Counted from the first letter of the whole stretch, positions 22,801-34,553 are shown. The stretch is DNA of 63,873 nucleotides, filler included, from Craspedostauros australis (GCA_030167865.1; 10 parts of 10 records of this genome joined end to end with filler, not necessarily neighbours in it); one strand, 5' to 3'. Numbers and translations are program-made. Notes: generated by a model not told the origin, from the sequence alone.

Positions 22801-22919
22801 GACGAAAACTATACGAACGGGTCCAAGGAAATATGCGTCGGCCTTTGGGAATCGTGGACGGGTACCGAGAACGGGGCCGAATCGTTGTCACAGGGACGGG
22901 CGATGGCAGCATCGCATAG
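19707..22919 (+). CDS. LINE reverse transcriptase region
   Basis: SGPSGLHFG, LLKEPG...FRTISLVEGDFN, EQYGSR, AKSCYDR, LQGLGISP, FVDDTDL, TGGALEPRKSYWY, KALGV. Confidence 0.93.
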   Translation: MWVPESLQVVRSGYSQFGPWDHRTAWIEITQESVFGTVSKPTQKFEGQQVHLNRPVTVRRYQAEVLKQYKRKNVIQRVGQLRTEVGTSKTLTQDQIEAMEAIDADRARIMLTAEKGARKIYTGKVPFSPMIKQKAMEKQFWNLAWKRREGKKVSSRWYDRAKKQAGITTRTATLSREDLDEKRRRAHKKWKLAKKDAQKHCATFLQSRAEEVARAGNTTAKAEAALTSIQKREEVMETFKAIRQVIGDYDANSKVTMVIANNEDGEEEVYDREQTVITQCIKANEAKYRQAYVTPLQHAAFARDVRRMSLSATRRRHERKLGSYDHQLLDELGKTDAVPWKEEDLRITTASHQQLWSKAREKTTSGPSGLHFGLWKANAKCDDLAKVDATMREISLRTGYNLSRWLVCTDVTLLKEPGNFRVSRFRTISLVEGDFNANLKWIGKIMMKHAEDHRMLPDEQYGSRKQRSAAEVSLNNRMTDDVIRITEATSCICSNNAKSCYDRMAHVPLELSMQRIGVPKTVGRSVTTAIQAMKHHVLTGFGKSTRTYPHRGSKLQGLLQGLGISPAGWVAMSSPIVAAMSEKGYGFTSISPTKQVTTKLVCFSFVDDTDLIHSVRTDASDKEGCVEEIQQVVDAWEGMLRATGGALEPRKSYWYLMSFKWEGTRWRYKTIEEQPGNISIRQPDSQERSTLLRLRVDQARKALGVIVRHDGNQKDNELYYTNKAEKWAAKMRRGRMLRTHAWIAMKSTIWKTLEYPLASSTFTKAATKRIMRPVLAAALPAAGIQRNVSRKLVFGLHEGMGLGVHHLYYVQVTRHLEQLARHWQRPTLTGKLMRTQVELLTLQVGVPDVFCRDPAKWSYLAEDSWMKSVWIETREVGITVRWENGILHAPRQHDAPIMERVQAFAFDPQQQRVINLCRIAKKVLWLSDIVSADGAQLLSSALSPGDTPLRSTCLRWPPVGELGPTSWRLWSQAIRRIFQPTRTGTARLAQPLGRWKGFTSQQPLVFWDPDSDRLHDLQQPRQGYIRVPRRGRRKLYERVQGNMRRPLGIVDGYRERGRIVVTGTGDGSIA

Positions 22920-22937
22920 CCTGAAAGCGCCAGCACA

Positions 22938-24521
22938 GTGGAAGCAGCAATGCTAGCTTTGCCACACTCGAAGGCGTGGGCAGTGCGGCAGTACAAGAAA
23001 ACGGGAACCTGGGAAACAGCGTCCCAGTCTATGCAACAGGGGTCAGCGGTGGCCTGCAGTGACGGGTCGGTTGCACAAGGAGTGGGAGCGTCTGGAGCGG
23101 TTATACTCGCCAGCCACGGCAGCGATACCACGCAGGTGTTGGTCGCCAATCTCGCGCCAGCCACCGACGGCACTATGCAATCGCATCGGGCGGAGCTCGC
23201 CGGGATCTACGGGGTCCTAACAATGCTCGCGGTGAGTTGTGAGGTGTATGGAGTCGAGAGCGGCAGCGTGGAGATGGGGTGCGACAATGTCGGAGCTCTC
23301 AAAGCGCTGGACCCTGAGTGGCGGCTGTCTCCCTCGTCCACCGACGCAGATCTGTTACGAGCAGTCAGGAACCTCAGCATGGATATACCGGTTACAATTC
23401 AAGGGCAGCACGTCAAAGGCCACCAGGATGACCAGGTGGGATGGGGTTCGCTCGATAAATGGGCACGAATGAATGTGATTGCCGACAAAATTGCAGGATC
23501 CACACGAGTTTCCATGCAGGAGGCGGCGGCATACAGTGGGCAAGTGCATGGCGAAAGAGTGACGTTCAATGCATCGGCTAAGCTGACGAAAGTGGTCTAT
23601 TCTGCGGTGGCGGATGCCCAAGCGAGCCGAGAAGCGATTGACGTCCTGATCTCGCGCAGGGTGCTCCACCTTAGCCAACCGGTCGCCTGGCATACTTTCG
23701 GCAGCGCTCTCACAGTTCTCGAACTTTCCAAGCGCACGTTGACAATCAAACTGGTTTCAGGGGAAGCTCCATTTGGCAAACGAATGAAACAATGGGGGAT
23801 GAGGATCTCTGATAAATGCCCCAGCTGCAGTACGAGCGAGGATGTCCAACACTTCTGGGAATGTCCTGGACATGACCGTCGGCGGATCTCAAAGAAGCAT
23901 CTAGCGGAGATTCGAAGATGGCTGCAGAAGTACCCGACGCGGCCAGCGATGATAGCCAGCATGATGACCATTCTCCGGAGTCAGCTTGAGGGCTTGGCGT
24001 ACCTACAGATCACCAGCCCTGGTGGCCAGCTCCACGAGGCTGTTCAACAGCAGCAAGCCGTGGGGCCCCAAGCTCTGTGGAAAGGGCTGCTGGTCTAGCA
24101 CTGGGAACATATGCAGCAGGAGTACCTGGAACAGCAGAACTCCTGCAGGTCCGCGGCGAAGTGGTCCCGGCAGCTAGTACAGCGCATCTCGCAGATAGCG
24201 TGGGAGCATTGGGCGGCGAGAAACGAAGCACTTTTCGAGAATCAAGACTCGGCCGAGGCTGAAATGGTCCAAGCCCTGCGGGACAGGGCACACTCACTTC
24301 AGCTTCGCCTCGAGATGAATCAAGCGGATCACCGGCGAATACTTCTCAGCGCCCCCACTGAAGGGACGCCAGCGGCACAAGTCGCGGTATGGGTGGAACA
24401 GGCTGCGCTAAAGCTACATGAACCGGTCGCCACTGACGCCCTGTTCAAGTGGCTGCGGTTCAGACGGCAAGTTCACCCAGCCCCCGGCAACAGAGCAGGC
24501 GAATCAGCAGCGGGCGAGTAA
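22938..24521 (+). pseudogene. LINE RNase H + CCHC zinc finger, in frame with RT across TAG stops at 22917 and 24096
   Basis: ACSDGS, SHRAELAGI, GCDN, HVKGHQD, NVIAD, CPSCSTSEDVQHFWEC. Confidence 0.9.
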
Positions 24522-24704
24522 GGCCTACACAATACATATAAGACGATACATGGATTCCGTGCTCCCTTCGCGCCATGCGCAAAGATTAAAAGAGGCGGAG
24601 AAAAGCACCAACGGCGCAGCCTCATAAGAGGGTTTAATCCTTGAGTTATTTATTCATCAGTCACCACACAAAAAACACTGTCCAATATCCATCTCAGACA
24701 CTTG

Positions 24705-24997
24705 CACACACACACCACACTACACACCACACTACACACCACACTACACACCACACTACACACCACACTACACACCACACTACACACCACACTNNNNNNN
24801 NNNNNNNNNNNNNNNNNNNNNNNNNNNNNNNNNNNNNNNNNNNCACTACACACCACACTACACACCACACTACACACCACACTACACACCACACTACACA
24901 CCACACTACACACCACACTACACACTACACACCACACTACACACCACACTACACACCACACTACACACTACACACCACACACCACACCACACTACAC
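24705..24997 (+). repeat. (CACACCACACTA)n 12-mer minisatellite downstream of the LINE ORF2
   Basis: Direct inspection. Spans an N gap. Confidence 0.95.
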
Positions 24998-25365
24998 CCA
25001 ATGCACAACGAACGACGTACAACGAACGACGTACAGACCAATGACTGTACACACACTACACAACGCACAATCCAACGAATGACAGACCAATTATCCACAA
25101 TCTAATACACTACGGACGACGTACAGACCTTAATTGACACCATATCGCCATTTACCGCAACTCCCAAATGTACCACCAAATGTCCATGTCCCCCACCTCC
25201 CAAAATACCACAAAACCCCCAAAATAATGACAAACTTCAACACCCCACAGCTCGCTCAATATCCATCCGTTGACAAAAGCGAGCGTCAATAAACGTGCCC
25301 AAGAGCCCACTCCACACCACCACAACCAAAAATGCCAAAAATATCACCTTTGACTTTCACAGGTT

Positions 25366-26894
25366 CCGGCTTTTATAAACCCTAACCCTAACTTGCGTTT
25401 GAAGGTCCGCAGGTGCAATCAATCAAACCCTAATGTACGAGGATTTAACACGGTGACGTACGAAGGCCAGACCGAAATTCGGGTCGATTGACGGTTGATG
25501 TACGGACGTTTGTATAGGCACGCAATACACACGGTCGAAGGACGGACGTTTTTGTATGGAAAATGTTTATGTTCCGCAACTCTACGTACGACGGTCAGAC
25601 CGATGTTTGGTTCGATTCACGGTCGACGTACAGACGTTTGTATGGGCACACATACACGTACGGTCGACGTACAGACGTAAATGTATGGAAAATGTCGATG
25701 ATCCGCAGCTCCCCGAAAGTGCGGACGAATGTTCATCATCCGCAACTCCCAAACAACACGAGATACTACGAGCCACGCGATACACCGTGTTAAACATGTA
25801 CACCACTCTACACCATGATGAACACATGTTCATGTACATCTATGTGTACAGACACACGCAGCGTTGCCACACGTACATGTCAACACTTGTACCATCTTCA
25901 ACGGACGTCTACAGCGTGAGATATTGATGATCAAAGTCCTCAACATCAACCAGTACTTGCAATACACAGTGTCATGTACATGTAAGTACACACACATGTT
26001 CACCGTCACCATACGTACGTGTGACAACAAGAGCCACACTCTGAATCAACTTGGTGATGGAGATAGTGATGCATGAGTACAACACACACACCATGTGATA
26101 ACACGTGCAACCACGTTAATGTGAGATGAACATCGTCAATGGCAGATGAACATCGTCAATGTGAGATGAACATCATCAATGGCAGATGAACATTGTCAAT
26201 GGCAAATGAACTATCTGTCAACATCAAATGAACTATTGTTAATATCATTCCAACTACAGGAGGATGGCACAAGTCCCATGAAATGGCTGACTTGTGGGGG
26301 AGGAGGGGGAAGTCAACACCACTCCAACTACTGGAGGATGGCACAAGTCCCATGAAATGGCTGACTTGTGGGGGAGGAGGGGGAAGTCAACACCATCAAC
26401 TGTGATACTCACACATGCACATGCTCACACACACACACACTGCCACACCGTACAACCAGCCACAACACACAACAACACGTGAGACCACGATGCAACAGTC
26501 AACATCAAATGAACTATCTGTCAACATCAAATGAACTTCAGGTCAACATCAAATGAACTATTGTTAATATCATTCCAACTACAGGAGGATGGCACAAGTC
26601 CCATGAAATGGCTGACTTGTGGGGGAGGAGGGGGAANNNNNNNNNNNNNNNNNNNNNNNNNNNNNNNNNNNNNNNNNNNNNNNNNNNNNNNNNNNNNNNN
26701 NNNNNNNNNNACACCATCAACTGTGATACTCACACATCCACGTGCTCACACACACACACACACTGCCACACGGTACAACCAGCCACAACACACAACAACA
26801 CGTGAGACCATGATGCAACAGTCAACATCAAATGAACTATCTGTCAACACCATTCCAACTACTGGAGGATGGCACAAGTCCCATGAAATGGCTG
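25366..26894 (+). repeat. Right copy of the direct repeat, with internal 20-bp and ~74-bp sub-repeats
   Basis: Begins aaaccctaaccctaac and matches 14810-15730. (gatgaacatcgtcaat) units at 26120-26240, and caactacaggaggatggcacaagtcccatgaaatggctgacttgtgggg units at ~26250, 26325, 26575, 26855. Confidence 0.92.
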
Positions 26895-26994
26895 NNNNNN
26901 NNNNNNNNNNNNNNNNNNNNNNNNNNNNNNNNNNNNNNTTAATTAATTAANNNNNNNNNNNNNNNNNNNNNNNNNNNNNNNNNNNNNNNNNNNN

Positions 26995-28000
26995 GATCGT
27001 ACCCGAACTGGCCTCCTCTCCTGTTCCTGCTGGCGCGCGGCCCCTCCTTCTTGTAGTTGTCGTCGTACGTGCTGTCACTGTCGCCAGAGGCATCTGCGTA
27101 GCCCCCAGCAACAACAGCATTGCAGCGACGAGGGAGCCTCGCTGGTGGGGCAGGCTCGACAGGTGGTGCAACGTCGGCCATAGCAGGCGGGGGTGGCGCG
27201 TTCACGACAACGCTCACCAAAGTCCCATCGCCGACACCTCGTCCCTCCGAACGCACCCTGACATTGGATTCGTCAAAGACGCCTCCGTTGTTGTCAAGGA
27301 TGTGGACATACACATGCAGCTCGCGAGCGTGCGCATGCGTACCGTTCGGGACAAGGTTGCCATCCGCTGCAAGTATTGGCTTCACATCAATCACTTGCGT
27401 GATGGTGCTCGGCTTCCCCAATGCAGCGGATGGCTTGTCAGGCAACAGTTGCTCGACAGTAGGCAGCAAGCCCCCCTTCGAATCGAAAGGAGGAGCAGAT
27501 GCAAGGCGAGCAGAACGGGGTTTCTTACTGGGGGAGGGGTTAGCATCCTTGGAGANNNNNNNNNNNNNNNNNNNNNNNNNNNNNNNNNNNNNNNNNNNNN
27601 NNNNNGGGGTGGCGCGTTCACGACAACGCTCACCAAAGTCCCATCGCCGACACCTCGTCCCTCCGAACGCACCCTGACATTGGATTCGTCAAAGACGCCT
27701 CCGTTGTTGTCAAGGATGTGGACATACACATGCAGCNNNNNNNNNNNNNNNNNNNNNNNNNNNNNNNNNNNNNNNNNNNNNNNNNNNNNNNNNNNNNNNN
27801 NNNNNNNNNNNNNNNNNNNNNNNNNNNNNNNNNNNNNNNNNNNNNNNNNNNNNNNNNNNNNNNNNNNNNNNNNNNNNNNNNNNNNNNCCCCCTTCGAATC
27901 GAAAGGAGGAGCAGATGCAAGGCGAGCAGAACGGGGTTTCTTACTGGGGGAGGGGTTAGCATCCTTGGAGAAGGCCTTGGCGGTGGTAGAAACAGGCATG
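26995..28000 (-). CDS. Hypothetical Pro/Ala-rich protein fragment, repeated across gaps
   Basis: Open frame MPVSTTAKAF...LHVYVHILDNNGG. No recognisable family. Confidence 0.35.
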
Positions 28001-28364
28001 GTGGAGTTGTTGCTGGAGAGTAGTGCTGTTTGCTCGTTGGATGTGATGAACTGGTCTGAGATGAAGTGAGGAAAGGAGAGCATGGGATGAAGGCCGATCA
28101 TTCAGAAACAACAACAACAGCAACGACTACTACTAATACTCTGACGAGAACGAGCATGGAGAAAAAGGGCGAGTGTGCATGGCATTGGCGAGGAAAGTTG
28201 TGAATGGAGCCAAAGTGTGGCGCGATTTTGCGAAATGATGGAGATGATGTGTTTTGTGTGATGTNNNNNNNNNNNNNNNNNNNNNNNNNNNNNNNNNNNN
28301 NNNNNNNNTTAATTAATTAANNNNNNNNNNNNNNNNNNNNNNNNNNNNNNNNNNNNNNNNNNNN

Positions 28365-29882
28365 AGCCGTCACTGTTGGAGCAGTCGTCACTGTTGGCGA
28401 TGTCGGTGCCGAAGGTGTGGCAGCCATCGGAGATCCGGATGGACCCTCGCCTACACTGTCGGGATCCACACATGCAGCCGTGTCTGGGGTTGGACACGAT
28501 GCGGTGCCATCGCCGAGATAGAACATCTCCAAAGGCTTGGCCTTGCATGTGGTCTCGACCGTAGAACCAGTGATGCATCCCGAGCACGCCCAATCACCTC
28601 CACACACGTTGTTGCCAAGCTCCAGATCTGAGTCGAACACGGGAGAAGCCCCCATCGTCAGACACGAGCTGATTCCTTGGCAGGTGTTGTCGCCGAGGAT
28701 CACATCTCCGCTCACCTGTCCATCATGAGACTTCATCATGCGGCATGCGCTGGATGCTGTGCATGAGGATCTGCCGATCTGGACGCTGGACAGACGCGGG
28801 GTGGGAAGGTCGGGCGTCTCGCGAGCACCCACGGACTGGCAGGATCTGCCTCCTGTGCACGATCCCTGCTCGATGAGCAGATCACCTCTGGTGTTGGAGG
28901 CGGCCAAGAAACAGGACGATTCCCCGGTGCAGGAGTTTGGTCCCACGGAGGTCAGGGATCCGCTGTCGCTGCCCGATCCACCAGCGTCCGATCCGAAGTT
29001 CAGCTGGTAGCAGCTCCATGGGGTGGTGCAGCTGTTGTGGAGGATGATGGACCCTCGTGAGATTTCGTTGCAGGACCACACGCTGGTGCAGCTGGTGGAT
29101 GCGATGGTGGCGATGCCGTCCCACTGACATGCACTGAAGGTGACGCAGCAGGCGACACCCGCATCCTTGCACATATCTGTGACCTCCTGGGATGTGCCCG
29201 TGAAGAGCCTGTCCGATGTGGATGATGCCTCCAAGAGTTGTCTGAGTCTGTTGGGGTCGGCCTTGATGGTATTGAAGAGCGCCATGGGATTGGCATGGCA
29301 TGCGAAGTAGCTCTGCAGATCCGGACTGGCCAGTAGTGTCACACGCAATGTGGCGCAACTATCGTCGATACCCTCGTTCGTGTCGCAATTGATTGATGCG
29401 ATGAAGGTCGCTGCTTTGCAATTGTTAGCAGTCGCAAGTTTTCGGGTGCGATGATCGCCGGCATGCTCCCCACTCACTTCGTCTTTGATCTGTTCCGGAT
29501 GCACGGCGTTCAGAAGAGTCCCACCTTTTGTCTTTTCCACGCCTTCTTGGGGGTCAATCGCTTGCGCCGAAAACTGTTTGGATGGCCTTCCACCGATCAG
29601 ATTCTTGTTCGCCGCATCGATAACCTTGCCGCGGATGCTGTCAGCACCAGTATCCTCATTCATGTCCAGAGCCCATGTTGCACTGTCGTAGCTGTCGTCA
29701 CTGTGAGTCGCAGGAATGTTTGAGGCCGCATTTAAATCTGGCGGCTGTTGCGCTGGTTGTGTGTCCAAGGATGTTGTTTTCAGTGTCTCGTCAAAGTCGC
29801 CGCCAAGGCTGGCACTGCATGACACCGAACCGATGCACACACATAGCCCGATGCCAATGAGGCCCATGCGCAGCCTCATCAT
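28365..29882 (-). CDS. Secreted Cys-rich repeat protein with RXL propeptide site and PT-rich stalk (3' incomplete)
   Basis: Signal-like MMRLRMGLIGIGLCVCIGSVSCS, acidic pro-region ending RTRKL, repeats such as VGPNSCTGESSC / IEQGSCTGGRSC / LGDNTCQGISSC, and PSAPTSPTVTTAPT. Confidence 0.82.
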
Positions 29883-32125
29883 GAACCCACGTTGATCTTT
29901 TGGAATGTCAGCGTTACACATATTCATGTTTTTGGCCAAGGAAGCTCTGTTGGTGTTTACCGTCATCCAAAAAGTAGATTTGCGCGTTTGGCATTTCCAG
30001 TATTGGTGCGCAACAGAGATCGCGTTTCGCACGAACATAATAGGATTCAGAGCCCATCAATGGCAGGCAATTCAAAACAATGGATTGGTGATGATTGTCC
30101 GAGAACGCAATAGGATCAAGTGGGAGATCGCGGAATGATATTGGAAGAGAAGAGATGATGGCAGAATCGAAGGTGTGAGAAAGAGCTGGAAGAAATGTTG
30201 TATTCAGTTGGCGCATTCCATTGCAAATGAGGACCAGCCACCGACCGCGAGCTATCTGCTTCACAACATCCACGGAAACATCCTTGTGCTTGCATCAATC
30301 GAAGGTGAAGGCGTTGTTGCTTGACCTGATGCATCCGATGGCGCTCCAGTCGCGAGCAGTGGCACATTGACTGCCAGTTGATCTGCGCGCCGTCGCGTGT
30401 TCGGCGTCATGGGTTCGCATCAACGTCATTGTCAACAAAGCACAAGATGGAATGGGTTTGTTGTCACATCTCATGTTTCCATCGACGGCGTTGTCAACCT
30501 CGAGACTGCTGTCAACTTCCGCGAAGGAAGATTCTCGCGCTTAGCCGATTCTTGCGCTGCGTCATCATCGTGGAAGTGGAACGTTGTGGACGATGCTTCG
30601 ATTCCATGCGTGTCGGCGTATGCGTCGATGCGAAGGTTGGGAAGATGTTTGTCTCCCATCCTTGCATCCACATGCCATCTCTCGCATGGAGCCAGGCCAT
30701 CCATCGCTCCGTTTCTCCGTCAAATCGTTTGCACACCGCAACCTCCATCGATGCGTTCGGGGCTGGAGCACCGTGACGTATGGATGCGATGTTGCCCGAC
30801 ATGAAACTCACTTTTCAGACCGGCATCAAACTGGAGAGTTTGATTTTGTGATGAAGTGGGAGGAACCTTCCTGTTTGGGTTTCTCCCATGCAAGATTAAC
30901 GAGAAGCGACCCTCTTTCATTCAATCACATCATCACCGACCAAGAGGAGAAACAGGGAGGAAACCGATTGACATCAGCGGCGTCGATCGTACGGGTACGA
31001 CCCCCGCGTGCGTCACAAAACCAAGAGTGGCACAAGAAGCAGAGAGAGGAGGAAGAGTCAGTCGAAGACGAAGGCGTCCTTCACTCTTTGGACTGCAAAC
31101 TCTCGAGACTTTGTTCGCCTCTTCGCGAATGGGTCCAGCGCCCGTGCTCCCTTTTGTCCTCTGTGGCGCTCCTTTGGGTTTGATGTCGATTTGTGGTGAC
31201 GCAAAAGACCAATTTGCGGCTGATTGGTATCTTTTGATTCTTGCGACACCCGCATAGTACGCTTAAGTCCCGCAACCGAACAGGTATTCCACTATGTGCT
31301 CCCGTGTCTGATGCGACATACACGACGCGACGGGCGACATATCATTTTGGCGCCAACTCTTCCATCCGCGATCTTTTGCGATGACACTGGAACCGTATCT
31401 TTCGGAGAGGCGCAGTTCGTTTTGCGGGATCGTCATTGATGTTGTTGAACCGGTGCTCGACACAAGACAGACATCAACAACAACATCGTTAGTGGCGACA
31501 TCACAACAAACTCGATAATTCGCAAAATCAACTTCGCAAAACGGAATGGTGTCTCCCATCCGTGGTACTTCCTCTTTTCGATCGCCGATTCGTAGTATCC
31601 CGTGGATCCGCCTTAGCTAGTCCCAAATTAGTGACGTGTCAGAGAGGGAAATTGTTTAATCATGAGCACGTACTGTGAGAGCCTCTGGTTTTAGCAGTTT
31701 GGGCGGCATTGGGAAAGTCGACTGGCGTGACTTTCATATTAGCGAATTGAGAATTTTTTTTTGCGAATCAGACTCATGACCAAACAAGGAACACAGTGCA
31801 AGTTACACGGTACGATCCAGTCCCACAAATAAACCTCTATACTCATTTGATTAGCTCTTACGTAGTATCGCGTTAAAATGACAAGGTAAAAACAATTGTA
31901 ACGGAGTATCTCCAATTGTTATGTTGGTTTTTTGCGCATAGCGACTACCATGTGCGCTTGTTGAAAGTCTGAACTTTGTATGAACGATATGTTTACCATT
32001 TGTGAACATAGGCTCTATACGCGTGGAAAATACTATGATAAAGTGAGATGAGAGGGCACCCAGATGGCATGAGAGAGTGATCAGGCGTTCGTCGTAAAGA
32101 AATCCATCTGGGATACAGAGGGGTT

Positions 32126-34453
32126 GGTCGTAATTGCATACTTAAGGGTCCCTCCGTCCAATTTTGGTGATTCATATGACAGTGAATATTCAGCGCCACT
32201 GAATATCGTGTTCTGGCTAGAAGTGCATAGGAATGGTCAATGCGCGAGCAAACCAACNATGGTGGGCCATGGTATGGTCCCCGATGGGTACGTTCCGAGT
32301 GGTTATAGGTCGCCATTACGTATTTAGGGGTCACTCCGTCCAATTTCGTGATTCATATGACAGTGAATATTCAGCACCACGGAATATCGTGTTCTGGCTA
32401 GAAGTGCATAGGAATGACCAATGCGCGAGCAAACCAACGATGGTGGGCCATGGTATGGTCCCCAATGGGTGCGTTCCAAGTGGTTATAGGTCGTCATTAC
32501 GTATTTATAGGATCCTCCGGTCATATTTGGTGATACACTCGAAGTTGAATATTCAGCACCACTGAATATCGTGTTCTGGTTAGATGTACATAGGAATGGT
32601 CAATGCGCGAGCAAACCAACAACGGGGGACGATGGTATGGTCCTCAATGGGTGCGTTCCAAGTGGTTATAGGTCGTNNNNNNNNNNNNNNNNNNNNNNNN
32701 NNNNNNNNNNNNNNNNNNNNNNNNNNATGGTGGGCCATGGTATGGTCCCCGATGGGTACGTTCCGAGTGGTTATAGGTCGCCATTACGTATTTAGGGGTC
32801 ACTCCGTCCAATTTCGTGATTCATATGACAGTGAATATTCAGCACCACGGAATATCGTGTTCTGGCTAGAAGTGCATAGGAATGACCAATGCGCGAGCAA
32901 ACCAACGATGGTGGGCCATGGTATGGTCCCCAATGGGTGCGTTCCAAGTGGTTATAGGTCGTAATTACGTATTTATAGGATCCTCCGGTCATATTTGGTG
33001 ATTCATATGACAGTGAATATTCAGCGCCACTGAATATCGTGTTCTGGACAGATGTGCATTGGAATGGTCAATGCGCGAGCAAACCAACAACGGGGGACGA
33101 TGGTATGGTCCTCAATGGGTGCGTTCCAAGTGGTTATAGGTCGTCATTACGTATTTATAGGATCCTCCGGTCATGTTTGGTGATACACTCGAAGTTCAAT
33201 ATTCAGCACCACTGAATATCGTGTTCTGGCTAGATGTACATACAAATGATCAATGCGCGAGCAAACCAACAATGGTGGGCCATGGTATGGTCCCCGGTGG
33301 GTGCGTTCCAAGTGGTTATAGGCCGTCATTGCATATTTAGGGGTCCTGAGGTCCAATTTGGTGATACATATGACAGTGAATATTCAGCACCACTGAATAT
33401 CGTGTTCTGGACAGATGTACATAGGAATGATCAATGCGCGAGCAAACCAACGATGGTGGGCCATGGTATGGTCCCCAATGGGTGCGTTCCGAGTGGTTAT
33501 AGACCGTAATTGCATATTTAGGAGTCACTCCGTCCAATTTCGTGATTCATATGAAGTTGAATATTCAGCACCACTGAATATCATGTTCTGGACAGATGTA
33601 CATACAAATGATCAATGCGCGGGCAAACCAACAACGGGGGACGATGGTATGGTCCCCGGTGGGTGCGTTACAAGTGGTTATAGGCCGTCATTGCATATTT
33701 AGGGGTCCTGAGGTCCAATTTGGTGATTCATATGACAGTGAATATTCAGCAGCACTGAATATCGTGTTCTGGATAGATGTACATAGGAATGGTCAATGCG
33801 CGAGCAAACCAACGATGGGGGACGATGGTATGGTCCCCAATGGGTGCGTTCCAAGTGGTTATAGGCCGCCATTACGTATTTAGAGGTCCCTCCGTCCAAT
33901 TTTGGTGATTCATATGAAGTTGAATATTCAGCACCACTGAATATCATGTTCTGGACAGATGTACACAGGAATGGTCAATGCGCGAGCAAACCAACGATGG
34001 TGGGCCATAGTATGGTCCCCAATGGGTGCGTTCCGAGTGGTTATAGGCCGTAATTGCATATTTAGGGGTCCTGAGGCCCAATTTCGTGATTCATATGACA
34101 GTGAATATTCAGCACCACTGAATATCGTGTTCTGGACAGATGTACGTAGGAATGGTCAATGCGCGAGCAAACCAACGATGGTGGGCCATGGTATGGTCCC
34201 CAATGGGTGCGTTCCGAGTGGTTATAGGTCGTCATTACGTATTTATAGGATCCTCCGGTCATGTTTGGTGATACACTCGAAGTTGAATATTCAGCACCAC
34301 TGAATATCGTGTTCTGGACAGATGTACGTAGGAATGGTCAATGCGCGAGCAAACCAACGATGGTGGGCCATGGTATGGTCCCCAATGAGTGCGTTCCAAG
34401 TGGTTATAGGTCATTATTACGTATTTATAGGATCCTCCGGTCCAATTTCGTGA
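32126..34453. repeat. 181/182-bp tandem satellite, at least 12 monomers, running off the scaffold end
   Basis: Anchor (g/c)aatattcag at 32184, 32365, 32547, 32833, 33015, 33197, 33378, 33559, 33740, 33922, 34103, 34285. Confidence 0.97.
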
Positions 34454-34553
34454 NNNNNNNNNNNNNNNNNNNNNNNNNNNNNNNNNNNNNNNNNNNNTTA
34501 ATTAATTAANNNNNNNNNNNNNNNNNNNNNNNNNNNNNNNNNNNNNNNNNNNN

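Larger units (their letters stand above)
16221..24521 (+). mobile_element. Non-LTR retrotransposon (LINE), Ambal-like diatom clade, near full length, mildly decayed
   Basis: Long ORF1, then ORF2 with APE endonuclease, RT, RNase H and CCHC finger. Confidence 0.92.

Noticed and set aside
24641..25105. His/Thr-rich or Val/Cys-rich ORFs
   Set aside because: These are translations of the 12-mer and (CA)n repeats.
30100..32100. Several 60-200 aa ORFs
   Set aside because: No recognisable motifs or consistent coding signal.
32126..34453. CRISPR-like array (palindromic repeat at regular spacing)
   Set aside because: The whole 181-bp unit repeats, there are no unique spacers and no cas genes, and the context is eukaryotic. 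The ORFs in it are repeat artefacts.
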